Assembly (NCBI GenBank): GCA_951406725.2
Contig: OX597814.1
Coordinates: 225,556,001-225,620,000, forward strand
Source: Octopus vulgaris
Taxonomy: Eukaryota
Reading direction: 5' to 3'
DNA: 64,000 nucleotides
Shown piece by piece: positions 12,808-24,668 of this stretch. Below the pieces are notes generated by a model. It saw nothing but the letters and a program-made list of their open reading frames with translations. It searched no databases and was not told where the DNA came from. How positions within the stretch are numbered: position 1 is the stretch's first letter; each line of letters starts with the position of its first letter. A program made the position numbers and the translations under genes.

Positions 12808-13511
12808 ATATATATTACTGTTTACTGTTCTACTGTTTTACTTGTTTCAGTCATTTGACTGCGGCCATGCTGGAGCACCGCCTTTAGTCGAGCAAATCGA
12901 CCCCGGGACTTATTCTTTGTAAGCCCAGTACTTATTCTATCGGTCTCTTTTGCCGAACCGCTAAGTGATGGGGACGTAAACACACCAGCATCGGTTGTCA
13001 AGCAATGCTAGGGGGACAAACACAGACACACAAACATATACACACACACTTATATATATATATACATATATACGACAGGATTCTTTCAGTTTCCGTCTAC
13101 CAAATCCACTCACAAGGCATTGGTCGGCCCGGGGCTATAGCAGAAGACACTTGCTCAAGATGCCACGCAGTGGGACTGAACCCGGAACCATATGGTTTGT
13201 TAGCAAGCTACTTTATTTCAAAACATTTGCCATAAAGGCAGTACACAGATTAAGTTAGCTTTGCGGGCTGGACGAGGACATTAATGAGGTGAATGATAAT
13301 GAAAGAAAGATGATAAGGATGGGAGAAGACAGAAAGCGCCCGCCGACTTTTGCTTCTCTAAAACATTGTTCTTTTTAAAAAAAGATTAACACAAAACGAG
13401 GTATTAAACCTCTTACAATTTTTCCAATTTTGGGCTTAGCAGTCCATTATTAATACAAAACGAGGTATTAATCCTCTTACAATTTTTCAATTTTTGGACT
13501 TAAGTCCATTA

Positions 13512-14751
13512 CTAATAATACATATCGTCCTCGAAATAGCTTGTGCCCGCGCCCTCCACCATCAACCACGCCTCCCTCAGAACGTAGTCAAGTTCCGAGT
13601 TCGCGTCGCCCGGGACCAAGTTATAGTCTTCATTGAGCTCCTTTAGCCCTAGCGTCACGTCGAACGCCACGGCCTCCACAGCTACCTGCGGAGGCCATTC
13701 GGGGTCCTGTGTGAAGGCTAAAGGTGCTCCCTTGTAGTGCTCTTCCATCACTTTTTCAATTTCTCCTCCTCTATAGAAGAGGACCAATACATTCAGTTCT
13801 TTCGTTGGCGGCACAGTTTCCGCCAACGGTATTCCTTCTCTTGTCGGTGGCACAACCCCAACCGACGTAGTTCCGCGACATTCCGGTGCCACACTGACAG
13901 CCGGCAACGTCCCGTTTTTCTTCCTCTTTTTCTTTTTTTTTCCCTTTTCAACTGAGGGAGGGTGCGTCTCCTCCGTGGCTGGAAGATTCGCCCTCCTCTC
14001 CTCATCCCTATTATCCTTTGGTGAGCACCCATTGTTGCTCACCTTCCTCTTTCGGCCTCTGCTTGAGGAGTCCTCTGCTTTCTCGGCCGTTATCGTTCCC
14101 TCTTCTAGAGGGGTTTTACTTAACTGTTCCGGGATCCTATTTTGTTCCCGAGGACAGTTCTTCTTTATGTGGCCGGACTCCAAGCACCGATGACACTTAG
14201 GGGGCGACCCTCAAGCATCACCGGGTACCTGCACCCGGCCATTTTCAAAAAATCTGGAAAAACCAGATTGGCTGATTGGGTCCACAGGGTCAAAACTGCT
14301 TTCGAGCCAACCCAAGCAGCCGCAGGAAGAACTTTACATTGAGGAGCTTAGTTTCGCTGTCACCCAGACCCCGGCGGATAGTCTCCTCTATCCACTCGGG
14401 TTCTATGTCGGGTGGCAGTCCGCAGATCCAAGCTTTCATCAATTTCTTTTTTTTGTAAGTGGGCAGGAATAAGATTTCCTTACCCTCCAAGGGTTCGCTA
14501 GCAAATTTGCAAGCCTCTTCAGGGGTGTCAAACAGCAACCACACCGTTCCATATTTGACACCCCTGGAAATGAATTTAATTGTTGGCAAATACTCCTCCA
14601 ACTCCTCAATTGCCGTCTTTTCGAATAGGGCGATGGTGTCAAGTGCCTTGGAGTAGGTTCTCAACTCCACCGTCCTATCTTCACGGTCCTTCAACCACTT
14701 TTTGGGTGGTATGATTTCCCACTCCAAAACTTTGTTATTTTTCATTGCCAT
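13512..14751 (-). pseudogene. Tx1-type ORF1 with CCHC knuckle, frameshifted near 14300
   Basis: ORFs 14290..14751 and 13512..14183; CHRCLESGHIKKNC; basic clusters. Confidence 0.78.
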
Positions 14752-15404
14752 GTTTTTTAAGAAATATATTCAAATTAGACTCAAAAGCAGGAAGAAAAAA
14801 GTTCAAAAGTCTAAATAAATTTGATAGATTTTTGAAAAAACAAAAAGGAGAAAGCACAACAGAAGGGAAGAAATTAACGGAAAGTCGCAATAAAGAAAAA
14901 ACAAAAAGGGGGGGGGGTAAATGAAGTTCAAAAGAAAGTTAATAAACAGAAAAAACACAGCAAAAATATTCTGGCCTTGCGGTACTCCCGGCCTGGGTTG
15001 AACCTGGAACACCGCAACTGCAACACAACCTCCACAAAAAGGGTCCGAAAGGTAATCCAATAGTGGCTTATTTTTATACTTTTCTTGCGAAGTACTCTGA
15101 CAAGGGAATAAATTCAGCAAACTCAAACACAGCACTGGCTACTGCCAACGGTAATTTTAACAGTAACTGTATTGGAATTCTGAGTATACGCCCCTCCACT
15201 GTTTTTTTTTTTTTTTTTTTTTTCAATGAACACAAAAACGGCAGCCGCCTAGCGCAGGCGAAATTGTCTCAGAGTTGGACACAACCTACTGAAATAATAA
15301 TTGGCACGCAATAAATTATGCCCAACTCACAATAAACAAAATCACTTACCTCGACAACTTTCCGTTTTTGGTCTTTTTTCTTTAGTTGGACAGAGCTTGT
15401 TACT

Positions 15405-15445
15405 CACGTCCGCTCTAGCTCAACAAGAAGCAACCGACTAACTGC
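15405..15445 (-). promoter_or_regulatory. Candidate internal Pol II promoter (Inr + DPE-like) of the ORF1-only element
   Basis: TTAGTC (A at 15439) with GGACGTG starting 28 nt downstream; GGACGTG is also at the Tx1 5' end (8036-8042). Confidence 0.4.
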
Positions 15446-15726
15446 GCATGTGTGGTTAGCAAGCTACTTACTACACAGCCACTCCTGCGCCTATATATAT
15501 ATATAATAATAATAATAATAAATTTCGAAACGTACGTCCGTAGGTGACTTAATATAGAATGATTGTCGTCATTTCTTTCTCTTTTGCCTGCGTTGTTTGC
15601 CTTTTAAGTGCTGGGCTTTTACTGGGATCTCCCTTTTAAGTAGAAAGAATAGCCATAACTCTTTGACTGCTATTTCTAAATTCGGTGTGTGGTGAGGCAA
15701 ATCGTTGCTAAACCCTTAATTACTTA

Positions 15727-15783
<57 letters not shown>

Positions 15784-15848
15784 CATACGTACATATATAT
15801 ATATATACATACACACACACATATATACATATATATATATATATATAT

Positions 15849-16215
15849 ATGATGGCCGTCCATTCGTGACCGAGAGTGACCATTGCTGACCTTTAGGAAT
15901 ATTGTGCACTCTAGGACTAACTTATATTTTGCATTTGCAGCTCCGTTGGGGGCTAATGAGCCCTGCTCTTCTCTAGCATACACGACTACAAACATTGCAA
16001 ACCAAGCAGTCCCCATTCACTACACCAGCAGTGCGCTTTCAAGCAGCACGCTTAAGTTCTTCATCCAAAACACGTTCTCTCTGAAAAATGTCGACCTCTT
16101 CCTTAACCTGATTCTTCCACTGTGACGATGACAAGCATTGCTCTCCCAATCAGTCTCCTGCATTTCACAGGCCTTTAATGAGGACTTGACACAGTCCTTA
16201 AATCGCAGTCTTTCA
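15849..16215 (-). mobile_element. RTE-clade LINE 3' fragment
   Basis: Degenerate RLRFKDCVKSSLKAC..W; 3' UTR hairpin-like end next to (TA)n. Confidence 0.65.
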
Positions 16216-16736
16216 ATTCACATGTTTAATCATGGAGCAGTTACATGTTTAGTCATGGAGCCATGCAATCAATGTTGCTCGTTCGAAAGGATTTTGTGGT
16301 GTGAATGAAAATTTGAGAATCTATTGGTAGTATTTGTGGATAGATAGGGTGGGGGGAAAGATGGGTATGATTAGAATGGGGAGACAGGTCAAAATGAAAA
16401 CAGGAAGAGAAAATGAGAAGAAGATAAAAAAGAAAAAAGAAAAAAGAGAGAGAGAAAAAACAAAGAGTGAAAAAGTAAAGAAAGAGTGAAAGAAGTGAGG
16501 GAGTGAGTGTTAATTGGTGGTCAAGATAATGTGGTGGGAGGATGGGATAGGTGCAGGGGAGGGGTAGGAAGAGATGAGAAGGTAAGGAGTAAAAGAATGT
16601 GAGATATGTGAGTAGGGGTGATATGACAGAGCTGCATTAAGGGGTGGGTAGAGAAAAGATATGGGTGGGGTAAAAGTAGAGGAAACGTGTAGAAAAGGTA
16701 GAGAAAATAATTCGAACTTAGATATTTTCTCACACC

Positions 16737-16784
16737 GTCTCTGATGAAGGGATATCCATAATATCCCAGAAACAGCTGTAAGGC
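16737..16784 (+). ncRNA. Minimal type I hammerhead ribozyme (PLE-type)
   Basis: GTCT-CTGATGA-aGGGATATccataATATCCCa-GAAA-CAGCTG-TA-AGGC; palindromic stem III ACAGCTGT. Confidence 0.8.
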
Positions 16785-16869
16785 TATTTCATTATAAATG
16801 TCCTGAAAAGTCCTCACAGCCTTGGATTTGTTATCTCATTCTGTCTGTCTGTCTCTCTCTCTCTCCCCC

Positions 16870-16917
<48 letters not shown>

Positions 16918-17366
16918 ATATATATATATATATACGCACACACATATATACGTGTGTGTGTGTACACGCGCATGCACACACATACACACGCACGTTGATT
17001 TAAAATTCATTTCCTGCTGAGTTGAACACCCTAGAGGTTTTACACACAACCAACAACAAAACAGAATATTAGGTCAACATTTATTGCATTTGCTCTGTTC
17101 CATGGTGACATACTTCCTATATAATTAATTGATTGATTCTTGTTCTATTCTTCTAAACAACATACAAAAACAAGCTGTCTGCAAATATAGAACAAATATG
17201 AAATATTAAATGTACAAACAATATATTGTTTGTTTCGAGTTACTTGCTGTTGATGTTGCGATTTTTGGAAACAATGATTTTTTCATGCTTTCCGCTTTTA
17301 AACGATAAATGGACGAACTAATAATTAAACGGTGTGTGTGCGTGTATGTGTGTGTGTGTGTGCGTG

Positions 17367-17432
<66 letters not shown>

Positions 17433-17771
17433 CGTGTGTGTATTCCTCAGAGAAAATTGCTACATTTTGGAATAATTTTCCTCGAATTAGTTTTTTTGAC
17501 TACTTTATGTTGTTTTTTTTTCATTCTTGCTCTCTGAGTGAATCAAGTGTTTATCAGAAATGCATAGGTCACCTAAAAGACAAATTATAGGTCGTCGGAA
17601 CTTGCAGGTCTTCACAGACTCCAGCCCACCACGTTACCGAACGCTTTACGCTCATGACCAGCACATCACCATATTGTAAACTAGCGAAGGGTGAACGTAA
17701 CAACCCAACGTCTTTGACTGTGTATTTCCTCCCGTGCCATATACGTAAACTGTTATCTCACAACCATAAAC

Positions 17772-17980
17772 TCTTTACTCTTTTACTTGTTTCAGTCATT
17801 TGACTGCGGCCATGCTGGAGCACCGCCTTTAGTCGAGCATATCGACTCCAGGACTTATTCTTTGTAAGCCTAGTACTTATTCTTTCGGTCTCTTTTGCCG
17901 AACCGCTAGGTTACGGGGACGTAAACACACAAGCATCAGTTGTCAAGCGATATTGGGGGGACAAACACATACACACACAC

Positions 17981-18018
<38 letters not shown>

Positions 18019-18424
18019 TCTTTTATTCTTTTACTTGTTTCAGTCATTTGACTGCGGCCATGCTGGAGCACCGCCTTTTAATCGAGCAACTCGACCCCGG
18101 CACTTATTCTTTTGTAAGCCCAGTACTTATTCTATCGGTCTCTTTTGCCGAACCGCTAAGTAACGGGGACATAAACACACCAGCATCGGTTGTCAAGCAA
18201 TGCTAGGGGGACAAACACAGACACACAAACACACACACGCATATTTATATATGCATATATACGACGGGCTTCTTTTCAGTTTCCGTCTACCAAATCCACT
18301 CACAAGGCTTTGGTCGGCCCAAGGCTATAGTAGAAGACACTTGCCCAAGATGCCACGGAGTGGGACTGAACCCGGAACCATGTGGCTGGTAAGCAAGCTA
18401 CTTACCACACCCACTCCAACGCCT
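17772..18424 (-). mobile_element. Two tandem family-A SINE copies (partial 17772-17990; full 18019-18424)
   Basis: Repeated CTTGTTTCAGTCATTTGACTGCGGCCATGCTGGAGCACCGCC tail; tRNA-like head near 18360-18424. Confidence 0.9.
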
Positions 18425-19248
18425 ATGAACTGGTAAATATTTTTCAATTTTTGAAAATATTTTTAGTTTTGGATAGGATATTCTTTTCCTTTTATACAAA
18501 CTGTCAAACTGAACACCTCGTATTATACAAACGGAACACCTTGTATTATGGAGCCCAGACCGCCCCCCCCCCCATTAAGTCCCGCTGTCATCTCAGCTTG
18601 TCACACCATGTCATCCTTCTTAAAGACCAGAGCATACGCTCCAATATTCTCTTCTCCGGTTAGTGGAGCGCATCTCGGTCAGGGTTTCCGATGTGTATCA
18701 GTGTCTTCTCCATTTTGAATATCAATTACATGTTACTCTCTTTTTGCCTGTTTCCCAATGATTTTCTCGGGCATAGAAGACAAGTGTCTTTCGTAATATG
18801 CATCACGCTAGTTTTTTTGTTTTTTTTATGAGAGCCTCTGTATATAGAAAGTTTTCCTCTGATTAGCTACGGTGTCAAAATTGCTACATATTTTGCTGTT
18901 ACTCTTAACTTAACGGTATTAGAAATATCATTATTTTATTTATTTCATTAAGTTTAAATGTCTTCCGTTCTACTTGTTCCGTTACATTGATTTTCTCCTT
19001 TTCATTTATTAAACGTTATGTTGCTGTTTTCAAATTATTTCTTTGTTTATTGCTACAACTATCTGTGATGAAAAAACATCAATGAAAACATGTGAGCCAT
19101 AACAGGGCTCTTAACGATGCACACAGTCCAAATGAAGGCTCTTTTAAACATTGCCACATCACATGCAAGATACTTTTACTGATGAGCACACAACATATAT
19201 GTATACCCGATACAATAACCATCAAATCTAATGACACATACTCTATAG

Positions 19249-19621
19249 TAGGGGTTCTCAACCATTGTTTACCTAAGGACCCCTTTGATTCCTATTTTAT
19301 TCTGGTGGATCCCATCGCAAAGGCATTCGATGTCTAAAACTTAGCTTTATAGAAACTACTTACAAAATTTTCATTTTGTTTTTCACACATTCTCTTGTGT
19401 ATGTTGAACTATGTAAAATGTTAGAGAAAGAAACCGAGTTATTTCTTGCAATACATACCAATACATGCATCAAAAGCAAAGTTTTTCAGGGGCCCTTAAA
19501 GTACTATTGTGGATCCCCAATTTACTATTTTGTTGCGTAGACCCCCCCCCCCCCAGCCCCCCAGCCCCCCAATCTTACATATGCCCTCAAGGGCCATTTG
19601 GTATACGGTTGAGAACCAGTG
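19249..19621. mobile_element. hAT-type MITE
   Basis: TIRs TAGGGGTTCTCAACC / GGTTGAGAACCAGTG; 8-bp TSD CTCTATAG at 19241-19248 and 19622-19629. Confidence 0.88.
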
Positions 19622-19644
19622 CTCTATAGAGTCACTACAAAATA

Positions 19645-19850
19645 AACCTTTCTATTATAGGTCCAAGTCCCGAAATTTGTGGGAAGGAATAATTCGATCA
19701 CACCAACCCCAAGGTTTGACTGGTACTTACTTTATGGAACTCAAAAGGATGAAAGGCTAAGTCGACCTCGGTGGCATTTGAACTCAGAACGTAAAGATGG
19801 ACGAAATGCCACTAAGCATTTTGTCCGGTGTGCTAACAATTCCGCCAGGT
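19645..19850 (-). mobile_element. SINE-like repeat, family E
   Basis: AAAGGATGAAAGGC..GTCGACCTCGG..TTTGAACTCAGAACGTA block shared with many copies in the window. Confidence 0.75.
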
Positions 19851-19921
19851 TACAAAATAATATAACATCACACATACACTTCCCAATCACCGCCTAACAC
19901 TTATCTCTACATAATCTCAAA

Positions 19922-20320
19922 AGTGGCTGTGTGGTAAGTAGCTTGCTTACCAACCACATGGTCATGGGTTCAGTCCCACTGCGTGGTACCTTGGGCAAGT
20001 GTCTTCTACTATAGCATCGGCCAACCAAAGCCTTGTGAGTGGATTTGGTAGACGGAAACTGGAAGAAGCCTGTCGTATATGTATGTGTATGTGTGTGTGT
20101 ATGTGTGTATGTTTGTGTACGTGTGTTTGACCCCCCAACATCGCTTGACAACCGATGCTGGTGTGTTTATGTCCCCGTAACTTAGCGGTTCGGCAAAGAG
20201 ACCGATAGAATAAGTACTAGGCTTACAAAGAATAAGCTCTGGGTTCGATTTGCTCGACTAAAGGCGGTGCTCCAGCATGGCTGCAGTCAAATGACTGAAA
20301 CAAGTAAAGAATAAAAAGAA
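19922..20320 (+). mobile_element. tRNA-derived SINE, family A
   Basis: GTGGCTGTGTGGTAAG A box, GGGTTCAGTCCC B box, CCTTGGGCAAGTGTC core, GAAACAAGTAAA tail. Confidence 0.92.
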
Positions 20321-20377
20321 TATATAGCGCCAACACCTCATGCAAACTCACTTCCTTTTTAATTGCCTCCCACAAAT

Positions 20378-20493
20378 ATACCACACAGCTCATACCACAC
20401 AGCTCATACCACACAGCTCATACCACACAGCTCATACCACACAGCTCATACCACACAGCTCATACCACACAGCTCATACCACACAGCTCATAC
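20378..20493. repeat. 14-bp minisatellite (ATACCACACAGCTC), about 8 copies
   Basis: Perfect head-to-tail repeats with no spacers. Confidence 0.95.
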
Positions 20494-20727
20494 GCCATCA
20501 TTGTCCAACACTAAAACACCTAAAACCAACAAACAGAGAATACCAAGTTACAAACACCAAGCAACAAAATAATAAAAAATCATTCATATCCTATACAACA
20601 GTCAAAACGCTAAAATAATACCAGAAACAACAAACCTGCTCCCACAACAAAGTAAAACAGATGTTCTGTACAAATACAATCCTACATTCCTAAAAGTCAG
20701 TACTGAACGCACCTTTGGAGGACGGAG

Positions 20728-20775
<48 letters not shown>

Positions 20776-21467
20776 GTTAGTGAAACAGATACGGATATAA
20801 AACTGTTGTAAACATCATTATGGGAACAAGAATCAAACGCGCTCATGCTCACCTTAAGTGCATGACATGTACTAATTATTTTCCGATTATCATAAACTGC
20901 AAAGCACGATTTTAATTTAGATCATCAGATTCAGAATTTAATAGTATTATGTACCAACGGCGCTGGAATTGCATCATGATCATCATCATCATCTTCATCA
21001 TCATCATCAGCAGCAGCAGCAGCATCACCACCACATCATCATCATTTTCACCACCATCACTACCACCACCACCACCATCCTCATCACCATCATCAACATC
21101 ACTATCGCAACAACAGCACCAATTAGTACTGTATTAAGGAAAGCTTTAAAAGTCTAAAGGAAACAGCAGAGCTGTATTTAATCCGATATAAAAGTAAAGA
21201 AATGCAGTGGTATTAATCAGAAACTTTACCAATATCGTGGAGCTTACTGTGAGTTGTATAGTCTCTGTTACTGGCTTCGGTCATTGGACTGCAGCCATGC
21301 GGAATCGCCGCTTTCCAACGTGAATTTATAATATCGGCCTCAGTAATAAATTCATTACCCGGAATTTGTCGAACTATTAAGCTATGAGACAGAGATAACA
21401 ACACTGGTTTTAAAATTATATAAACGTAAACACAGAGACAGACAGGCACACAGAAACACACGCTCAC

Positions 21468-21563
<96 letters not shown>

Positions 21564-21650
21564 AAGGGTGGAAAGGAACACACGAGTTGATATATATGAA
21601 AAAACAAGTCAAAAATAGAAAATGCTAAGATAATTTTATAGTGAATCTTT

Positions 21651-21688
21651 CAGTACCGGTTTCGGTCATTTTGAGACCTTTTCAACTG
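21651..21688 (-). ncRNA. Minimal hammerhead (U3-A8 core) in the 3' pLTR
   Basis: Minus strand: CAG-TTGAAAA-GGTCtcaaaatGACC-GAAA-CCGG-TA-CTG. Confidence 0.72.
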
Positions 21689-22015
21689 TAACGATTAAAT
21701 AATTAAATTTAGAAAAATTAGAAGAAAAGTTTTTTTAAAAGAATATTTCTGTAGTAGTGTTCAGATATAAGTAGCATTCTGCCTTTCTCTGACTCCCTTG
21801 TTTGCACTTGTGTGTTCGAGGTCGTTTTGAGTTCTTGGTAGGATAGGTGAAGAATAAGGAGGCTGATGTGGAGAGGGGGTGGGGAAATCTGGGAATGCCT
21901 TAATGGTCGTATTTTGAATGGTCAGTGGCTGACAGTAGTCGCAGTTCAATTCAGGAATTGTTTATGGAATTTGCGTAGGCGTTATACTGAAAGACATTAG
22001 TGACAAGGTTAAGGG

Positions 22016-22250
22016 GTGGAAGGTGGAGAAGTAGAAGAAGAAGAAGATGACGATGTTGATGATGATGATGATGATGAAGAAGAAGAAGAAGAAGAAGAAG
22101 AAGAAGAAGAAGAAGAAGAAGAAGAAGGAGAAGGAGAAGATGGTGGTGATGATGGTGGTGATGATGATGATGACGACGATGATGATGATAATGATGATGA
22201 TGAAGAAGAAGAGGAGAAGAAGAAGAAAAAAACAGAGAAGGGAGAATATG
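22016..22250. repeat. Compound (GAA)/(GAT)/(GGT) triplet repeat in the PLE 3' UTR, mirrored at about 26645-26860
   Basis: Present in both arms with different unit counts. Confidence 0.9.
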
Positions 22251-22418
22251 AATGGGTGAAAGTATAGCTGTGATGGGGCTGATTAGTAATGGATTCTATG
22301 GAGTGTAATATTTGTGTGTGTATATATTTCTTTTATTCTAAAGTTGAGGTATATTAATTGTTTGTCGTAGACCCGTTAAGAAGTGGTTTGTATTTTGTAA
22401 TAAAGAGATTTTCTTTAC

Positions 22419-24668
22419 TTATTCGTTGTCTCGAGGTTGTATCGTCCCTAAATTGGTAGAGGGGAAAATCCTGAAGTTTGGTGTTTTTTTGTTGGCGCAA
22501 GTATCTATGTGTTGGCTAAAAGCTATTTTTCTGTTTTGGGGAATTTTTATCTGGGATCTGTGCAGGGCCATTCGTTTACGCAAACCATTTTTTGTTTGGC
22601 CTATGTACTGCTCTTGACACCCGGAGCAGGTTAGTGAGTATATTAGGTTCTCCGAAGCACATGTGAAGTTGCTTTTCACTGTAAACCGTTGTCCCTGTTT
22701 GAAGGAGAACTCTGATCCCTCAATTAGATAGTCGCATATCCCGCAATTGGGTCTTCCACATTTTTTTACTGTCGGCTTCTGTGTTGAAGAGTGAATTCGG
22801 GCTTGTGTTAGGAGACTTTTCATGGATCTAGGCTGTCTTTTGCTTTTTATGATCGTGTGTGTTTGGAGGATTGTGTTCATTCTGTGGTCTTTTTTTAGGA
22901 GGGGTATGTTGTGGAGGATGGTGTCGAAGGCTTCGTTATTGAGAGGGTTGTGTGTGGAGATGTATGGTAAGGCTTTTGGTTGTAAGTTTTTCTTTGATTT
23001 GGGATGTCTCAGTTCCTTGATGTTAAGTTGAAGGGCACGTTGAATGCACTTGTCAATAAGTGAAGGTGGATAGTTCCTGGTGATAAGGGTATCTTTTAGT
23101 TCTTGTAGTCGTGTGTCTCTGGTGTTTGCGTTAGAGACTATAGTGCATATCCTTTTTGCTAGATTGAAGGGGATATTCATCCTGGTGTGTCTGGGGTGGC
23201 ATGAATTGAATGGAAGATATTGCTTAGAGTCTGTAGGCTTATAGTATATGTCTGTTTCTATTATATTATTAGCTTTCTTAATGAGGATATCGAGGAAGGG
23301 GAGTTGTTGCTGGCTATATTCCATCGTGAATTGGATGTTTACGTCCAGTCCGTTTAAAATTTTCTGGAATTCTATGAGTTTTTCTATATTTTTATGCCAA
23401 AGGATGAAACAGTCATCTAGATATCTCTTCCAGTTGTTTTCTATGTAGATGGAGAAAGGGCTGCCATATCTTTCTAGAACCTTACGATACAGACTGATCT
23501 CTAGGTATCCTATGACTAGGTTGGCAAAGGAGGGGGCCATTCGTGTACCCATCGCAGTCCCCGATTTTTGTCGGTAGAAGTTGTCATTGAAGGCGAAGAA
23601 GTTATTTTCCAGGATGAATTTAACCCCTTCTATCACAAATTCTTTTTTGATGCGGTGTGGTAGTTCGTTGGCGTGATTCTCTAGCCAGAATTGGATTGCC
23701 TCTAGTCCTAGGTTGTGGGGGATATTGGAGTAGAGGTTGACTACATCGAAGGATACCAGTATGGTGTTTTTGTTTATAGTATTCGGTAGGTGATTGAGCA
23801 TATCTAAGTCGTCCCTTATATAGCTTTTGACATGTTTGAGGAGTGGTTTTAACAGGGTGTCTAAAAAGTTACTGAGGCGGTGGGTTTCGCATGCGGGACC
23901 TGCTATTATGGGTCTCAATTTGAGGTCATTAGGATTAGGGACTTTAATTATTTTGTCTGTAGCTATCTTGCATGCGTTGCTTATTTTTTCACTTTTGTGG
24001 ATCTTAGGTATACCGTAGAATTGGCTAGTTTTACTTGTGAAATTGGTCATATAATCATATTCTTTGTCGGTGAGCCCTGCTTTGTATGGGTTTAATATGG
24101 ATTTTAGTTCCCTCATTATTTTTTGTTGACTGTAGTTTTGTGCCTTTTCATAGTATGTTGTGTCTTCCAGCATAGAAAGTACCAAAGTTATGTAAAATGT
24201 CGTATCCATTAAGACAACAGCACTCCCTTTATCGGCCTCTTTGATTGTTATTGTTTTATCTTGTTTTAATTTGTTCAACTCAGCCCATTCTTTTTTGCTG
24301 AAGTTTGGTTTGTGTTTTTGTTTGTGCATATGTTGATATGGGTAATTAGATATGTGGTCACAGAAATCATCAAGTGTTTTGTTCTTACCTTTCGAGGGGG
24401 TGTAGTTACTCCTATTTCTGGCTAACGATTCGTCCTCGTTGTATTTATCGTATAGCTCCTCAGTAAGTCTTAATTTTCTGCAGAATTCTGCGATGTCTTC
24501 TTTCATTTCGTTGTAGTTGGGGTGTTGTGGGGTGGGTGTAAACTTGAGTCCTTTGGAAAGTATGTTTATTTGGTTTGCTGTTAGTTCCTTGTGAGTTAGA
24601 TTGATAATTTTTATTACTTTTGGTTCCTCCTGCTTGTTTGGTGCTATCTTGTGTCTCTGTGTTTGCAT
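22419..24668 (-). CDS. PLE reverse transcriptase + C-terminal GIY-YIG endonuclease (749 aa; extreme C-terminus frameshifted)
   Basis: LSKGLKFTPTP, ADKGSAVV, FYGIPKIHK, LRPII, DVVNLYSNIP, GTAMGTRMAP, RYLDD, CGRPNCGIC linker, NLIYSLTCSGCQEQYIGQT. Confidence 0.95.
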   Translation of the reverse strand: MQTQRHKIAPNKQEEPKVIKIINLTHKELTANQINILSKGLKFTPTPQHPNYNEMKEDIAEFCRKLRLTEELYDKYNEDESLARNRSNYTPSKGKNKTLDDFCDHISNYPYQHMHKQKHKPNFSKKEWAELNKLKQDKTITIKEADKGSAVVLMDTTFYITLVLSMLEDTTYYEKAQNYSQQKIMRELKSILNPYKAGLTDKEYDYMTNFTSKTSQFYGIPKIHKSEKISNACKIATDKIIKVPNPNDLKLRPIIAGPACETHRLSNFLDTLLKPLLKHVKSYIRDDLDMLNHLPNTINKNTILVSFDVVNLYSNIPHNLGLEAIQFWLENHANELPHRIKKEFVIEGVKFILENNFFAFNDNFYRQKSGTAMGTRMAPSFANLVIGYLEISLYRKVLERYGSPFSIYIENNWKRYLDDCFILWHKNIEKLIEFQKILNGLDVNIQFTMEYSQQQLPFLDILIKKANNIIETDIYYKPTDSKQYLPFNSCHPRHTRMNIPFNLAKRICTIVSNANTRDTRLQELKDTLITRNYPPSLIDKCIQRALQLNIKELRHPKSKKNLQPKALPYISTHNPLNNEAFDTILHNIPLLKKDHRMNTILQTHTIIKSKRQPRSMKSLLTQARIHSSTQKPTVKKCGRPNCGICDYLIEGSEFSFKQGQRFTVKSNFTCASENLIYSLTCSGCQEQYIGQTKNGLRKRMALHRSQIKIPQNRKIAFSQHIDTCANKKTPNFRIFPSTNLGTIQPRDNE

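Larger units (their letters stand above)
13214..15454 (-). mobile_element. ORF1-only (HAL1-like) non-autonomous non-LTR element with 15-bp TSD
   Basis: TSD GTTAGCAAGCTACTT at 13199-13213 and 15455-15469; gag-like ORF1, no EN or RT; ends in ...GAAATAAA. Confidence 0.8.
12835..15492 (-). mobile_element. tRNA-derived SINE, family A, split by a 2.24-kb insertion (arms 12835-13213 and 15455-15492)
   Basis: The two arms join into a sequence collinear with 18019-18424 and 19922-20320. Confidence 0.88.

Noticed and set aside
18590-18830. Possible old RTE fragment on - strand
   Set aside because: Too degenerate to support by eye.
20378-20493. CRISPR-like array
   Set aside because: Contiguous 14-bp units with no spacers, no cas genes, eukaryotic context.
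22016-22267. Poly-Glu/Asp and poly-Lys/Met ORFs (also 26627-26861)
   Set aside because: Triplet repeats in the PLE 3' UTR, antisense to the element.
22419-24668. Selenocysteine-recoding PLE
   Set aside because: No in-frame TGA in the RT-EN ORF; the conserved Cys positions are ordinary codons.
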